Assembly (NCBI GenBank): GCA_965223905.1
Contig: CBDCXV010000009.1
Coordinates: 352,001 to 416,000 of the forward strand
Reading direction: 5' to 3'
DNA from: Candidatus Latescibacterota bacterium
GTDB taxonomy: Bacteria > Latescibacterota > UBA2968 > UBA8231
DNA length: 64,000 bases
Position 1 is the stretch's first letter; each line of letters starts with the position of its first letter. The notes under the pieces are model-generated. The model did not search any database. It was not told the DNA's origin and was given only the letters and a program-made list of their open reading frames with translations. A program made the translations under genes and the position numbers. Positions 7,718 to 18,122 of the stretch are shown in pieces.

Positions 7718-9574
7718 TTATTCCGGCACACCAGCCGGCGGTTCCCCGGACCGCCCGCCACCCGGCGATTTCTCCAGGCGCGGCAGCAGGGCTTCGAGCT
7801 GTTCTACCGGCTCGCGCAGGGTCTCGATGGCGCCGCGCCAGAAGGCCGGGGACTCCAGCTCGCAGGCGACCGTGGAGCGCGCCACCTCCTCGGCGGTAGC
7901 GCTTCCCGTCAGCCGCAGGAACTGCTCGTAGCGCGGCAGAAAGCCGGCTCCCTCCTCCCTGAAGCGGGCGAACAACCCCCGGCTGAGCAGGAATCCGTAG
8001 GTGTAGGGGAAGTTGTAGAAGGTCACTCCGGTGATGTAGAAGTGCAGCTTCGAGGCCCAGAACAGCGGGTCCTCCCCTCCCGGAATCAGCAGGTCGCCGA
8101 ACAGCTCGCGCTGGGTCGAGACCATCAGTTCCTTCAGACGGCTGACCGCGACCTCACCCTCCGAGCGCTCCTCGTGAAAGCGCTTTTCGAACTCGTAGCG
8201 CACCGGGATGTCCATCAGGTAGATGGTCGCGTGAGCGGTCTCCAGGTCGAGGATGCGCGCCTTCTCCTCGTCTCCGATCCCCGGGTCGGCCAGCAGCCCC
8301 TCCGTCAGAATCATCTCGGCAAAGGTCGACGCCGATTCGGCGAGTGTCATCGGGTACTGGTGCGCCAACGGGCGCACTTCCCGCATCACGTGGCTGTGGA
8401 AGGCGTGGCCGGCCTCGTGCGCCAGTGTGCGCACGTCGTTGGCGCTGTCGTTGAAGGTCATGTAGATCCGCGATTCCCGCGTCAGCAGCGAGCCGGTGCA
8501 GAACGCCCCCGGCCGCTTGCCCGCCCGCGGCTCCCATTCGATCCACCCGGCGTCGATCAGGCCGCGGGTGAAGCGGCCGAGCTCGGGATAAGCGCTGGAG
8601 AAGGCCGAGGTGACCAGCTCCCCGGCCTCGGCCCAGGAAATTTCGGGTGACGTCCCGCTCTCCAGGGGCAGGGGCGCTTCGAGATCGTACCAGGCGACCC
8701 CGTCCGTGCCCATGGCCTCCGCCTTGAGCCGCAGGATGCGCCGCGGCAGCTCGGAGGCGTCGAAAATCGCCTCGAACATCGCGTCGAGGGTCTTGCGGGA
8801 GGTGGCCGTCTGAAACAGGGCGACGTCGAGAAAGTGGTCGATGCCGCGATTGCGGTTGAGCGTGAGGCGCGTCCCGGCGATGGCGTTGAGGGCCGCGGCG
8901 GCCACGTCCTCGGCTTCCTCCCAGGCGCGGTTGCCTCCTGCGAAGGCAGCCTGCCGCACCGCCCGGTCCGGGTGGCCGGTCAGGGCCCGCCGCTGGGACA
9001 TCGGCAGGCGCTCGCTGCGGCCGTCCGGCCAGGCCATGTCGAACTCCAGCTTCCCCGACAGGGTGTCGTAGAGACGGCCCCAGGCGTGGATCCCGTCCAC
9101 TGCGAGGTCTGAGGCAACCCGTTCTTCTCCGGGCGCCATGGTGCGCCGCCCCAGCTCGCGGACGCGGGTCAGGAAGTGGGCGCAACCGGCGAGCCCGGGG
9201 GCTTCGAGGAAGGCGGAGAACTCCGCTTCCCCGGCTTGCGCGAGGCCTCGCTTGAGCTCGACGTCCAGCTTTTCCGAGCGCGCCTCGATCAGGGCGAAGG
9301 CCGCTTCCTCTCCCTTGCAGGCCTCGTTGGCGGCGTCGGCCGCGGTCAGGCAGCCGAGGTAAGAGCCCAGGTGGGAAAGCCGGGCCAGCAGCTCCTCGGT
9401 GCGGACGAAGACAGCTACCCAGTCGCCGGTGTTGTCGTCCTGTCCGAGCGGGGCCAGGGAAGCGGCCTCCTGTTCGACGGCATCCAGGTCGCGCTCGAGC
9501 TCCTGCTTGAAGCGGCGCATCTCCGGCCCGTCGAAAGAGGGGAAGTAGCTGCTGAGATCCCAGTTCATTGGCAA
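7718..9574 (-). CDS. M3 family oligoendopeptidase (PepF-like)
   Basis: WDLS N-terminus, GKRPGAFC, TLAHEAGHAFH, LAESAS, FYNFPYTYG. Confidence 0.93.
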   Translation of the reverse strand: MPMNWDLSSYFPSFDGPEMRRFKQELERDLDAVEQEAASLAPLGQDDNTGDWVAVFVRTEELLARLSHLGSYLGCLTAADAANEACKGEEAAFALIEARSEKLDVELKRGLAQAGEAEFSAFLEAPGLAGCAHFLTRVRELGRRTMAPGEERVASDLAVDGIHAWGRLYDTLSGKLEFDMAWPDGRSERLPMSQRRALTGHPDRAVRQAAFAGGNRAWEEAEDVAAAALNAIAGTRLTLNRNRGIDHFLDVALFQTATSRKTLDAMFEAIFDASELPRRILRLKAEAMGTDGVAWYDLEAPLPLESGTSPEISWAEAGELVTSAFSSAYPELGRFTRGLIDAGWIEWEPRAGKRPGAFCTGSLLTRESRIYMTFNDSANDVRTLAHEAGHAFHSHVMREVRPLAHQYPMTLAESASTFAEMILTEGLLADPGIGDEEKARILDLETAHATIYLMDIPVRYEFEKRFHEERSEGEVAVSRLKELMVSTQRELFGDLLIPGGEDPLFWASKLHFYITGVTFYNFPYTYGFLLSRGLFARFREEGAGFLPRYEQFLRLTGSATAEEVARSTVACELESPAFWRGAIETLREPVEQLEALLPRLEKSPGGGRSGEPPAGVPE

Positions 9575-9803
9575 TGGCTGTGGTTGCGCCGGCCAGCGAG
9601 GGCCGGCTTGTGCGAGTCAGGTGCGGTGACGAGGTCGATGCGGGTCCTGCCGGCGACTACGCCCTGCGCCCGCTACAGGTTGACGGCCGTCGGCTAGTTC
9701 CGCAGCGGTTGGCAAACGGTATGGCGAGCAGCTCGCCGGGGCTCTGCAGGAAGTCGGCCCTCGGGGGGCCGGCGGGACGGGAGGGAGTTGCAGCCGGCGG
9801 AGG

Positions 9804-11690
9804 CTACAGGAATTTGCAGGACTTGACCTCGCGGGAGGAGAGGCGGATGCCCCCCGCCTTCAGGCCGCGAACCGGGTAGTCGGACACGGCGAAAGACTCG
9901 TTCAGCACACGCACCCGGGGCTTCGGCTTGAAGTCGACGGAGACGGTGGCGTCCGGCCTGGTGGTAAGGCGGAGCAGCTTGCAGCCTTCCGGGACCAGCT
10001 CGTACGAGCGGTTGAGGATGAACTTGTCGATGACGCAGCGCTTGATGCAGGGGCGGCCCTTCGGGTCGCGGTAAACGGCGTTGAAGACCGTGTCCTTTTC
10101 GACGAAGCCGCAGTGAAGCATCCCCTTGCCTACGAAGAGCTTGTCGGGAGCGTCGATCACCGAGTAGGAGCCGTCGGCGCGGATCACCAGGACGCGGTCG
10201 TACTGCGACACGTTGAACTGCGCCTGTCCATTCACCTCGTAGCCGAGATAGCCGCTCGCCTTGTCGTAGGCCAGCTTGAGGTCGCGCTTGGCCGCCTCGC
10301 GGACGTCGACCTTTTCCAGGGAGAGTATCTCGGTGCGGCGCGGAAACAGCGGGCGCTGCTTCTCGATCAGGTTTTCGAGAAAGGCGATCGCGTAGGGAAC
10401 GATGTTTTCGAGGTGGTGGGCGACCTGCTTCAACCGCTCTTCGATCTCGTGCGATTCCTTTTTGGCGCGCTCGATGTCGTAGAGCGAGATGCGGCGGATG
10501 GGGATCCTGAGCAGGGTGTCGACGTCGTCGCGGGTAACCTCCCTGCCGATCTCTTCATGGTGGGGCTCCAGGCCGGACAGTACCGCATGCAGGACGGCGT
10601 CGGCGCTCTTCTTGTCCTCGATCTCCTGGTAGATCCGGTTTTCGATGAAGATCCGTTCGAGCGTCCGGGCGTGCAGCCTGTCCTCGAGCCGGCCTCGCTC
10701 CACCCCCAGCTCGGCCTTCAGGATGTCGACGAGCCGGTCGACGTTGTGCCGCAGGATCTCGCCGACGCCCATTTCCCGCGGTTTGTCGCCGTCGATCACC
10801 ACCGGGTTGCAGGACAGGGACAGCTCGCAATCGGTGAAGGCGTAAAGCGCGTCGACCACCTCCTGGCCGTAGACGCCGCGCGGCAGCTTGATCTCGATCT
10901 CGACGTTCTCGGCGGTGTAGTCGTGAATGCTGGAGATCCTGACCTTGTTCTTGCGGGCGGCGTCCTCGATCGAGGCGATCAGCAGCTCCGTCGTCGTGCC
11001 GTAGGGGATCTCGGTGATGACGATCCGCTTGGGATCGGACAGGTCCATGCGCGCCCGCACCAGCACCTTGCCGGTGCCGTCGGCGTACTGCGACACGTCG
11101 GCCATGCCCGCCGTCCGGAAATCCGGGAGGAGCTCGAACTCCCCGTCCTTCATGTAGGCGACCTGCGCCTCGAGCAGCTCGATCAGGTTGTGCGGCAGGA
11201 TGCGCGTCGCCATGCCGACGGCGATCCCTTCGGCTCCCTGCGCCAGCAGCACCGGTAACTTCGCCGGCAGGATCACCGGCTCCTTGTTGCGACCGTCGTA
11301 CGAGTCGACGTACTCGGTGATATCGGGATCGAACAGGACCTCGGAGGCGAGAGGGGACAGGCGGCACTCGATGTAGCGGGCCGCGGAAGCCATGTCGCCG
11401 GTGTAGATGTTGCCGAAGTTCCCCTGCCGGTCGATGAACAGCTCCTTGTTCGCCAGCACGACGAGGGCCGAGTAGATCGAGGCGTCGCCGTGCGGGTGGT
11501 ATCTCATCGTGTGGCCGACGACGTTGGCGACCTTGTGAAACTTGCCGTCGTCGAGCTCGAACAGGGCGTGCAGGATGCGCCGCTGCACCGGTTTGAGTCC
11601 GTCGTCGACGTGTGGGATGGCGCGGTACTTGATCGCGTACGAGGCGTACTCGACGAAGTTCTTCTCGTACAGGGTGTCTACGTAAGCCAT
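9804..11690 (-). CDS. parC: DNA topoisomerase IV subunit A
   Basis: DGLKPVQRR, YHPHGD, catalytic AARYIE, GIAVGMAT; short CTD and no GyrA box seen. Confidence 0.88.
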   Translation of the reverse strand: MAYVDTLYEKNFVEYASYAIKYRAIPHVDDGLKPVQRRILHALFELDDGKFHKVANVVGHTMRYHPHGDASIYSALVVLANKELFIDRQGNFGNIYTGDMASAARYIECRLSPLASEVLFDPDITEYVDSYDGRNKEPVILPAKLPVLLAQGAEGIAVGMATRILPHNLIELLEAQVAYMKDGEFELLPDFRTAGMADVSQYADGTGKVLVRARMDLSDPKRIVITEIPYGTTTELLIASIEDAARKNKVRISSIHDYTAENVEIEIKLPRGVYGQEVVDALYAFTDCELSLSCNPVVIDGDKPREMGVGEILRHNVDRLVDILKAELGVERGRLEDRLHARTLERIFIENRIYQEIEDKKSADAVLHAVLSGLEPHHEEIGREVTRDDVDTLLRIPIRRISLYDIERAKKESHEIEERLKQVAHHLENIVPYAIAFLENLIEKQRPLFPRRTEILSLEKVDVREAAKRDLKLAYDKASGYLGYEVNGQAQFNVSQYDRVLVIRADGSYSVIDAPDKLFVGKGMLHCGFVEKDTVFNAVYRDPKGRPCIKRCVIDKFILNRSYELVPEGCKLLRLTTRPDATVSVDFKPKPRVRVLNESFAVSDYPVRGLKAGGIRLSSREVKSCKFL

Positions 11691-11760
11691 CTCTGTTCAG
11701 TCGGGTTGACGGCCGCGGCCGCTTGAAGCCAGGTCGCGGAAGGCCTGCCGGTGCCGGCCG

Positions 11761-13656
11761 TCAGACGAGGTTCTCCATGATGTACTCGCGGCGCTCGGGG
11801 GTGTTCTTGCCCATGTAGAAGGACATGGTTCCCGGCACCTCGGCAATCGACCGGACGCTGACCTTCACCAGCCGCATGTCGCCGCCGATGAACTGCCCGA
11901 ACTCCTTCGGCGAGATCTCGCCGAGCCCCTTGAACCGCGTCACCTCGGGCTGCTGCATGCCTTCGAGCGCCCGGTCCCGCTCCTTCTCGCTGTAGCAGTA
12001 AACGGTCTCCTTTTTGGACCGTACCCGGAACAGCGGCGTTTCGAGTATGTAGAGATGCCCGGCGATGACGAGCTCCTCGAAGAAATTGAGGAAGAACGTC
12101 ATCAGCAGGTTGCGGATGTGGAAGCCGTCGACGTCGGCGTCGGTGGCGATCACGACGCGTTCGTAGCGCAGGTTCTCGATGCCGTCCTCGATACGGAGGG
12201 CCATCATCAGGTTGAACAGCTCTTCGTTCTTGTAGGTGGCGGCCTTGCCGCGGCCGAACATGTTCTGCGGTTTCCCCTTGAGGGTGAAGATCGCCTGCGT
12301 ATTCGGGTCGCGCGCCGACACGATCGACCCGGCCGCGGACTGCCCTTCGGTCAGGAAGATCGTCGACTCCCCGCCGTGCCTGTGGCCGCGGTGGTACTTG
12401 CAGTCGCGCAGATTCGGATTCCTGATCTGGATTTTGCGGGCGGCGTCCTTGGCCTCCTTCTTAACGGCGTTCAGCTCCTTGCGCAGCTTCTCGTTATGAA
12501 CGATGCGCCCTTCCAGGGTTTCGGCGGCGTCGCGGTTCTTGTGCAGGAAGTCGACGACTGCCCCCTTGACCTCGTTGACGACCCAGCCGCGCAGGTCGGT
12601 GTTGCCGAGCTTGTTCTTGGTCTGCGACTCGAACACCGGATCCCGCAGCTTGAGGGCGACCGCCCCGGCCAGTCCCTCGCGCACGTCGACGCCGCCGTAG
12701 TTCTTGCGGTAGAACTCGTTGACCCCCTTGAGAATCCCTTCGCGGAAGGCGCTCTGATGGGTGCCCCCGTCGCTGGTGAACTGGCCGTTGACGAAGGAGC
12801 GATAGGACTCGCCGTAGCCGTCTATGTGGGTGAAGGCGAACTCGAGCGCCTGCGACCGGAAATAGGCCGGGGGGTAGGTTTCCCCGTCTCCCACCTCGCG
12901 TTTCAGCAGGTCGAGAAGGCCTCCCTTCGACTCGAACTTCTCACCGTCGAGGAACAGCTGCAGGCCCCTGTTGAGGCAGGCGTAGTTCCACAGGCGCCGG
13001 GCGAGGAAATCGCGCTCGTACCTGTATTCTCCGAAGATCTCCTCGTCAGGGGTGAACTCGACCAGGGTGCCGGCCGGCTCGCCCGCGGCCTTGCCCTTCC
13101 TGGTGGAGCCCACCTGGGTACCGCGTTCGAACAGCGCCTCGGCGTATTTGCCGTCGCGGTAGCTGACGACGCGGAACGACCTCGAGAGGGCGTTGACGGC
13201 CTTGGTGCCGACACCGTTCAGGCCGACGCTGAACTGGAACACGTCGTCGTTGTACTTGGCGCCGGTGTTGATGACGGATACGCACTCGACCACCTTGCCG
13301 AGCGGAATGCCGCGCCCGTAGTCGCGCACCCGCACCGCTTCGACCGCGGTCCCGTCCTCGATTGCGATCTCGATCTTCTTTCCGAATCCCATGATGTGCT
13401 CGTCGACGGCGTTGTCGATCACCTCCTTGATCAGCACGTAGATGCCGTCGTCCGGGTCCGACCCGTTGCCGAGGCGCCCGATGTACATGCCGGTGCGCAG
13501 GCGGATGTGCTCGAGAGAGCTGAGGGTCTTGATCTTGCTCTCGTCGTACGCCGAGCCGGGATGTTGCTTGTCGTTCTTTCCGGAGCCGTTGGCGCCGGAT
13601 TTGGAGAACGATATCTCGCTCTGAAGTGTCGTCGAAGTCATGGTTTGCTTTTTCAT
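11761..13656 (-). CDS. parE: DNA topoisomerase IV subunit B
   Basis: EVIDNAVDE, DYGRGIP, GLNGVG, TEGQSA, TDADVDGFHI, RFKGLGE. Confidence 0.88.
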   Translation of the reverse strand: MKKQTMTSTTLQSEISFSKSGANGSGKNDKQHPGSAYDESKIKTLSSLEHIRLRTGMYIGRLGNGSDPDDGIYVLIKEVIDNAVDEHIMGFGKKIEIAIEDGTAVEAVRVRDYGRGIPLGKVVECVSVINTGAKYNDDVFQFSVGLNGVGTKAVNALSRSFRVVSYRDGKYAEALFERGTQVGSTRKGKAAGEPAGTLVEFTPDEEIFGEYRYERDFLARRLWNYACLNRGLQLFLDGEKFESKGGLLDLLKREVGDGETYPPAYFRSQALEFAFTHIDGYGESYRSFVNGQFTSDGGTHQSAFREGILKGVNEFYRKNYGGVDVREGLAGAVALKLRDPVFESQTKNKLGNTDLRGWVVNEVKGAVVDFLHKNRDAAETLEGRIVHNEKLRKELNAVKKEAKDAARKIQIRNPNLRDCKYHRGHRHGGESTIFLTEGQSAAGSIVSARDPNTQAIFTLKGKPQNMFGRGKAATYKNEELFNLMMALRIEDGIENLRYERVVIATDADVDGFHIRNLLMTFFLNFFEELVIAGHLYILETPLFRVRSKKETVYCYSEKERDRALEGMQQPEVTRFKGLGEISPKEFGQFIGGDMRLVKVSVRSIAEVPGTMSFYMGKNTPERREYIMENLV

Positions 13657-14024
13657 CTCACTCGACCCGGCCGGGAGACAGGCGGGCCAAGCGGCCGCGG
13701 AGAACGGATGGGTTGTCCCGCGGATTTTGCGTTGGACCGGGGATGGAGAAGCGGCGTCACCGGGGAGGCAGCCGACCGACGTTTGCCAAGATAATCACGC
13801 TTGCGGATCGGCGCACCGGGCGCTGCGGCAGGGAGAATTCGGGCTGGCTCTGCCGGGTCGTCTTCCCGTCGTCGGCGGATATGCATGCTCGGGGTCCCGA
13901 TCCTTGGCCGGGAGCACATTCTCACGCCTTCAAACCGCTGCCGGCGGTCGGCCTCGCAACGATACCGGAACTCATTGTTTCGATAACGGCCGCGGGCGCG
14001 ACCGTGTCAAGCAGAGGCGCCGCT

Positions 14025-15251
14025 CTACCGCCGTTTTCCCCGGTGCTCGCGGTGATGCGGCGGTCCGTGGTGCTCCACTCGTCCGGCGCCCCTTTCTTCC
14101 GGCCGGGGCCGGCCGCGGCGACGGCGCCCGCCGGCATGCGACAGGTCCGGCTCGCGCCCCCGCCAGGTCGGCTCGATGCCGTTGGCGTGGAGCAGGCTCT
14201 TAAGGTCCCTGAGGTCGCGATCGGTCACCAGGGTCATGGCGATCCCGGTGCGGCCCATGCGGCCGGTGCGGCCGGTGCGGTGGGTGTAGGTCTCGGCGGT
14301 CCTGGGGAAGTCGTAGTTGATCACGTGGCTCACGTGGGTGAAGTCGAGCCCGCGGCCGGCGACGTCGGTGGCGATCATGTACTTGATCTTGCGCTCGCGG
14401 AAGCGCGTGAACAGCGAGGTGCGGCGATCCTGGGTCAGGCCCCCGTGGATGATTTCGAGCGATTGCAGGCGCCGGCGCAGGTCGCGGTGCAGGTCGCTGG
14501 CCTTGTCGCGGGAGTTGCAGAAGATCAGCGCCTGCCGGATTCCGTCCTCGGTGAGGAAGCTCTCGAGGGCCTTCATGCGGTCGCGGCCGGTGTGCAGGAA
14601 ATGGTGTTGCAGCGATTGCGGCGCCTGCTGCTCGCGGTTGAGCTGAACGCGGACCGGATCGCGTTGGAAGCGCTTGGCCAGGGAGTCGATCTCCGGGGGC
14701 ATGGTCGCCGAGAACATCAGCGTCTGATGCTCCTGCAACAGGCAGGAGAGGATGAAGTCGACGTCCTCGATGAACCCCATCTTCAACATTTCGTCCGCCT
14801 CGTCGAGAACGACGGTGCGGACCTGCGTCAGGTCGAGCCGGGTGTTCCAGATGAAGTCGATGAGGCGGCCGGGCGTCGCCACCAGGATGTGGACCCCGTG
14901 CTTCAACTTGGACTTCTGGATACTCATGTCGAAGCCGCCGAAGACGGCGAAGCAGACGGCTCCGGTGTGCCCGGCGAGGGAGTCGAGCTCCTGCACGTAC
15001 TGGAGTGCGAGCTCCCGCGTCGGGACGAGTATGAGGTACTGTATCGCCCCGGTTTCGGGATCGGCGGCGTTGACCATCGGCACGCCGCAGGCCGCGGTCT
15101 TTCCCGAGCCGGTCTCGGCCAGTCCCAGGAGGTCGCGCCCCTCGAGTATGTGGGGGATGGCTTCCTCCTGGATCGGGGTCATGTCGTCGTACCCCATTTC
15201 GGCGAGGGCCTCGAGGACTTCCGGCTTTAGATCTGTTTCAGTGAATTTCAC
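14025..15251 (-). CDS. DEAD-box RNA helicase
   Basis: Q motif, AETGSGKT, PTRELA, DEAD, SAT, HRTGRTGR; GTG 15251 with AAGGAG upstream. Confidence 0.94.
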   Translation of the reverse strand: MKFTETDLKPEVLEALAEMGYDDMTPIQEEAIPHILEGRDLLGLAETGSGKTAACGVPMVNAADPETGAIQYLILVPTRELALQYVQELDSLAGHTGAVCFAVFGGFDMSIQKSKLKHGVHILVATPGRLIDFIWNTRLDLTQVRTVVLDEADEMLKMGFIEDVDFILSCLLQEHQTLMFSATMPPEIDSLAKRFQRDPVRVQLNREQQAPQSLQHHFLHTGRDRMKALESFLTEDGIRQALIFCNSRDKASDLHRDLRRRLQSLEIIHGGLTQDRRTSLFTRFRERKIKYMIATDVAGRGLDFTHVSHVINYDFPRTAETYTHRTGRTGRMGRTGIAMTLVTDRDLRDLKSLLHANGIEPTWRGREPDLSHAGGRRRRGRPRPEERGAGRVEHHGPPHHREHRGKRR

Positions 15252-15626
15252 GTAGGGTTGATACTCCTTGCAGGGTGATATGCGCGTCCGCACCGTGGCG
15301 ACGGACTGTTTGGTGCTTTGGGTTCGAGGAGCTGGGAACTGCCGCCGGGGGCCGGCAATCAGCTGGCGTCTGCGGTGGGAGACTATAAAGGTAGGGACAG
15401 GGACCGAACCGGTAAAATCCGAGCGCGCGGATCACGCGGTCCGGCCTAGGTGAATCCGCTGCGGCTCGCCAGCGCCGGGCCCGTTCCGGGCCCGGCGCCC
15501 CCCCTCCGCGAAGATCGCCGCGGCGAGCCGCAATCGCCGGCATCGGCTGCTGTCCCGGAGAATCGGTCCTCCCGGCAGCCCACGGCCGCCCGGATTCGGG
15601 AGTCAGCCAGGCAACGTGCGCGCGGC

Positions 15627-16667
15627 TCAGATTCCTCCCAGCACCGACTGGGTCTGCTTTTCCACCTCGTCCCAGTCGAACTCGGCGCCCAGACCGGGGC
15701 CCTGCGGAACCGGAAGGTGGCCGTTCTCCACCGCGAGGGGATTGACGATCAGGGGCTCTCCCCCCTGTGACCCGGTCGCCGTGGTTTCGTAGAAGGTGCA
15801 GTTCCTGATGGCGCCGATGACGTGGGCGTGAACGAACCCGTGCATCACTCCGCGCGAGGTGATCTCGCAGTTCATGCCGAACGCTTCCGCGAGGCGGGCG
15901 ATCATGAGCATGTCGGTGATGCCGCCGCGCCAGGGGACGCTGGCGCGCACGATGTCCACCGCCTGTTGGGCTACCAGCTGCGAGGTGGAGTAGATGGTTC
16001 CAGGCAGGTACTCGGTGGCGGCGATCGGGATGTCGAGGGCCGCGGCGAGCTTCTTGAGCCCCATGAGGTCGAAGTCCCTCAGCGGCTCCTCGAACCAGAA
16101 GTACTCCTCTTCCTGCAGGACGCGGCCGACGCGCAGGGCATCGCTGAACACGTACTGCTGCACGGCGTCGTGCATCAGGTGGAAATCAGGGCCGACGGCG
16201 CGCCGGGATTCCCGCGCCACCTCCATCATCATTTCCGGCGGATTGTCGCGGAAGTGGTCCTTGTAGCCGTAGAACCCCTCATCCCGGGCCTGCACCGCCT
16301 CGGCGACGAAGCGCTCCACCGTGTCGAAGTTGGGGCCCATCTTGTAGGCGGGGATCGAGTCGCGGAATCCGCCGATGAGCCGGTACACCGGCAGGCCGGT
16401 CGCCTTCCCGAGCAGGTCCCAGATGGCGACGTCGACGTGCCCGCGCACCGGTTGCGGCAGGTACTGGAAGCGGTCGCGGCGGCTCAGCTCCTCCCAGATG
16501 CGCTGGCGGTCGAACGGGTCCTGGCCGATCAGGTAGTCGCGGTAGGCCGACTGAATGTGCCGTGCGGTGTTCTCGTCCAGTCCGAGACAGCAGCCCTCGA
16601 TGCCCTCGTCGGTGCCGATGCGCAGGAGCCCGATCGGCTGGTGGATGCGGATGTCGGTGATTTTCAT
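15627..16667 (-). CDS. Mandelate racemase/muconate lactonizing enzyme (enolase superfamily) protein
   Basis: DVAIWDLLGK..GLPVYRLIGG, metal ligands MHD/FEEP/ATE, PQGPGLG. Confidence 0.9.
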   Translation of the reverse strand: MKITDIRIHQPIGLLRIGTDEGIEGCCLGLDENTARHIQSAYRDYLIGQDPFDRQRIWEELSRRDRFQYLPQPVRGHVDVAIWDLLGKATGLPVYRLIGGFRDSIPAYKMGPNFDTVERFVAEAVQARDEGFYGYKDHFRDNPPEMMMEVARESRRAVGPDFHLMHDAVQQYVFSDALRVGRVLQEEEYFWFEEPLRDFDLMGLKKLAAALDIPIAATEYLPGTIYSTSQLVAQQAVDIVRASVPWRGGITDMLMIARLAEAFGMNCEITSRGVMHGFVHAHVIGAIRNCTFYETTATGSQGGEPLIVNPLAVENGHLPVPQGPGLGAEFDWDEVEKQTQSVLGGI

Positions 16668-16779
16668 TGCTTGCCTTCGCCTGGTTCGTCGGAGCGGTAT
16701 CCGGAAACGGGAAATACCGGCTGCTGCAGGAGCCGAGTCAACATATGCCCGCGTGGATGCACATCCCCGACCTGATCGC

Positions 16780-17563
16780 ACCAGGCACCCGGGCCGTTCG
16801 CCAATCTCCATCAGTGTGGCGGCACCAGAAGAACTCGAGCGGCATCCTCCTCGATGCGGGGGTTCACTATGCCGACATCATGGAGTACTTCCTCGGGGAG
16901 GCCGATTCGGCCTACGCGCAAACGCGCCTGCACGAGCCGACCCGCACAAACCCGGTAGCCGGCCGCACCGGCGTCAGCAGCGGCTCGCCGGGGGGCGTCT
17001 ATGAACGCTGGCAGAAAGACATGCCCGGGGAGTTTGCGGCCACCGCGGACGACGCGGCCTACGCCACCATCCTCTTCAAGAGCGGCGCGGTCGCCCAGTA
17101 CATCGAAGACTACGCGGCCCACGGCCAGAACCTGCGGCGGCGATCCATCCACGGCAGCCTGGGCTCGCTGGAGCTGCCGGGCGATCGCTCGGGAAACGGC
17201 CTCGCGCTTCACCTCGACGGCGCAGACCCCATGGACGACCACGATCTCCTCGACCTCGTGCCCGATCACCGCCTCGACGAGGCCACGGCCGCGCTCTTCG
17301 GCGGCGACCGCCTGTTCGAGTACCCCTTTCCCTTTCCCGAGACCGACCGCAAGCTGATCGCCGTCGAATTCCACGAGCTCGGCACCTGCATTCGACAGGG
17401 GCGACAGCCCGAAGTCGATGCTCGGCAAGGCGCTCGTTCCGTGGGCCTGTCCTACAGCCTGATGGAGTCGCAGGTGGCCGGCCGCGCGCGCTCCGTTGAT
17501 GCCGTCTGCGACGACCGGATCAACGCCTACCAGGCCGAGATCAACGAGCACCTGGGGCTCTGA
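16780..17563 (+). pseudogene. Gfo/Idh/MocA oxidoreductase C-terminal part, NAD-binding N-domain missing
   Basis: WRHQKNSSGILLDAGVHYADIMEYFLG and ADDAAYATILFKSG; no Rossmann GxG N-terminus and no room for one before the divergent gene; 5' boundary approximate. Confidence 0.7.
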
Positions 17564-17753
17564 AACGATGGTTCTGAAGCGCACCTGGTTTCCCGTGGCC
17601 CAGGTTGGCCGATGCGGGGGAAAGGTCCGGCGAGGCGGTAGAGTTCCGTCCCTTGACCATACAAAGTGCCGGGTTACCCTGCCCACCGCCGCTTGTTGAC
17701 CCCGCTGCAGGAGGCCGATTCCTTTAGGTCCAATGCGCATTCTGGAGCCTGAC

Positions 17754-18113
17754 ATGCACGAAGCTGCAAGAGACTGGTTGGCACAGTGCCGGAACAAGCT
17801 CCGCACCGAAGCGATTACCGCCGCGGATCTCGACCGTCTCGGCGACCTGCTCGCCGAACCCCGCCAGCAGGTCCTCTACCTCTACGGCAAATCGACCAAT
17901 ATGCGCTCGCCGCTGGCCAGCTGGGCCTTGTACGACCCTACCCAGCCGCAAACGCCGACCCTGCCCAGCGACGAACCACCCTACGAATCGGTGCTCGCGG
18001 CCATGGCCGATGGCTGGCGCGTGGTGCAGTTTCCCATCGCCAAGCTCTACGCGTACGAGGGTCAGGACAACGACTACCTCGGTTACGAGTTCGTGCTCGA
18101 GAAATTCGTTTAG
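17754..18113 (+). CDS. Conserved-looking hypothetical protein coupled to the PhyH gene
   Basis: RQQVLYLY...WALYD...PPYESVLAAMADGWRVVQFP...YEFVLEK; ends 9 bp before PhyH; start 17733 or 17754. Confidence 0.7.
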   Translation: MHEAARDWLAQCRNKLRTEAITAADLDRLGDLLAEPRQQVLYLYGKSTNMRSPLASWALYDPTQPQTPTLPSDEPPYESVLAAMADGWRVVQFPIAKLYAYEGQDNDYLGYEFVLEKFV

Positions 18114-18122
18114 GAGAAACGG

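Noticed and set aside
12055-15230. 579-aa and 534-aa plus-strand ORFs
   Set aside because: Antisense shadows of parE and the DEAD-box helicase.
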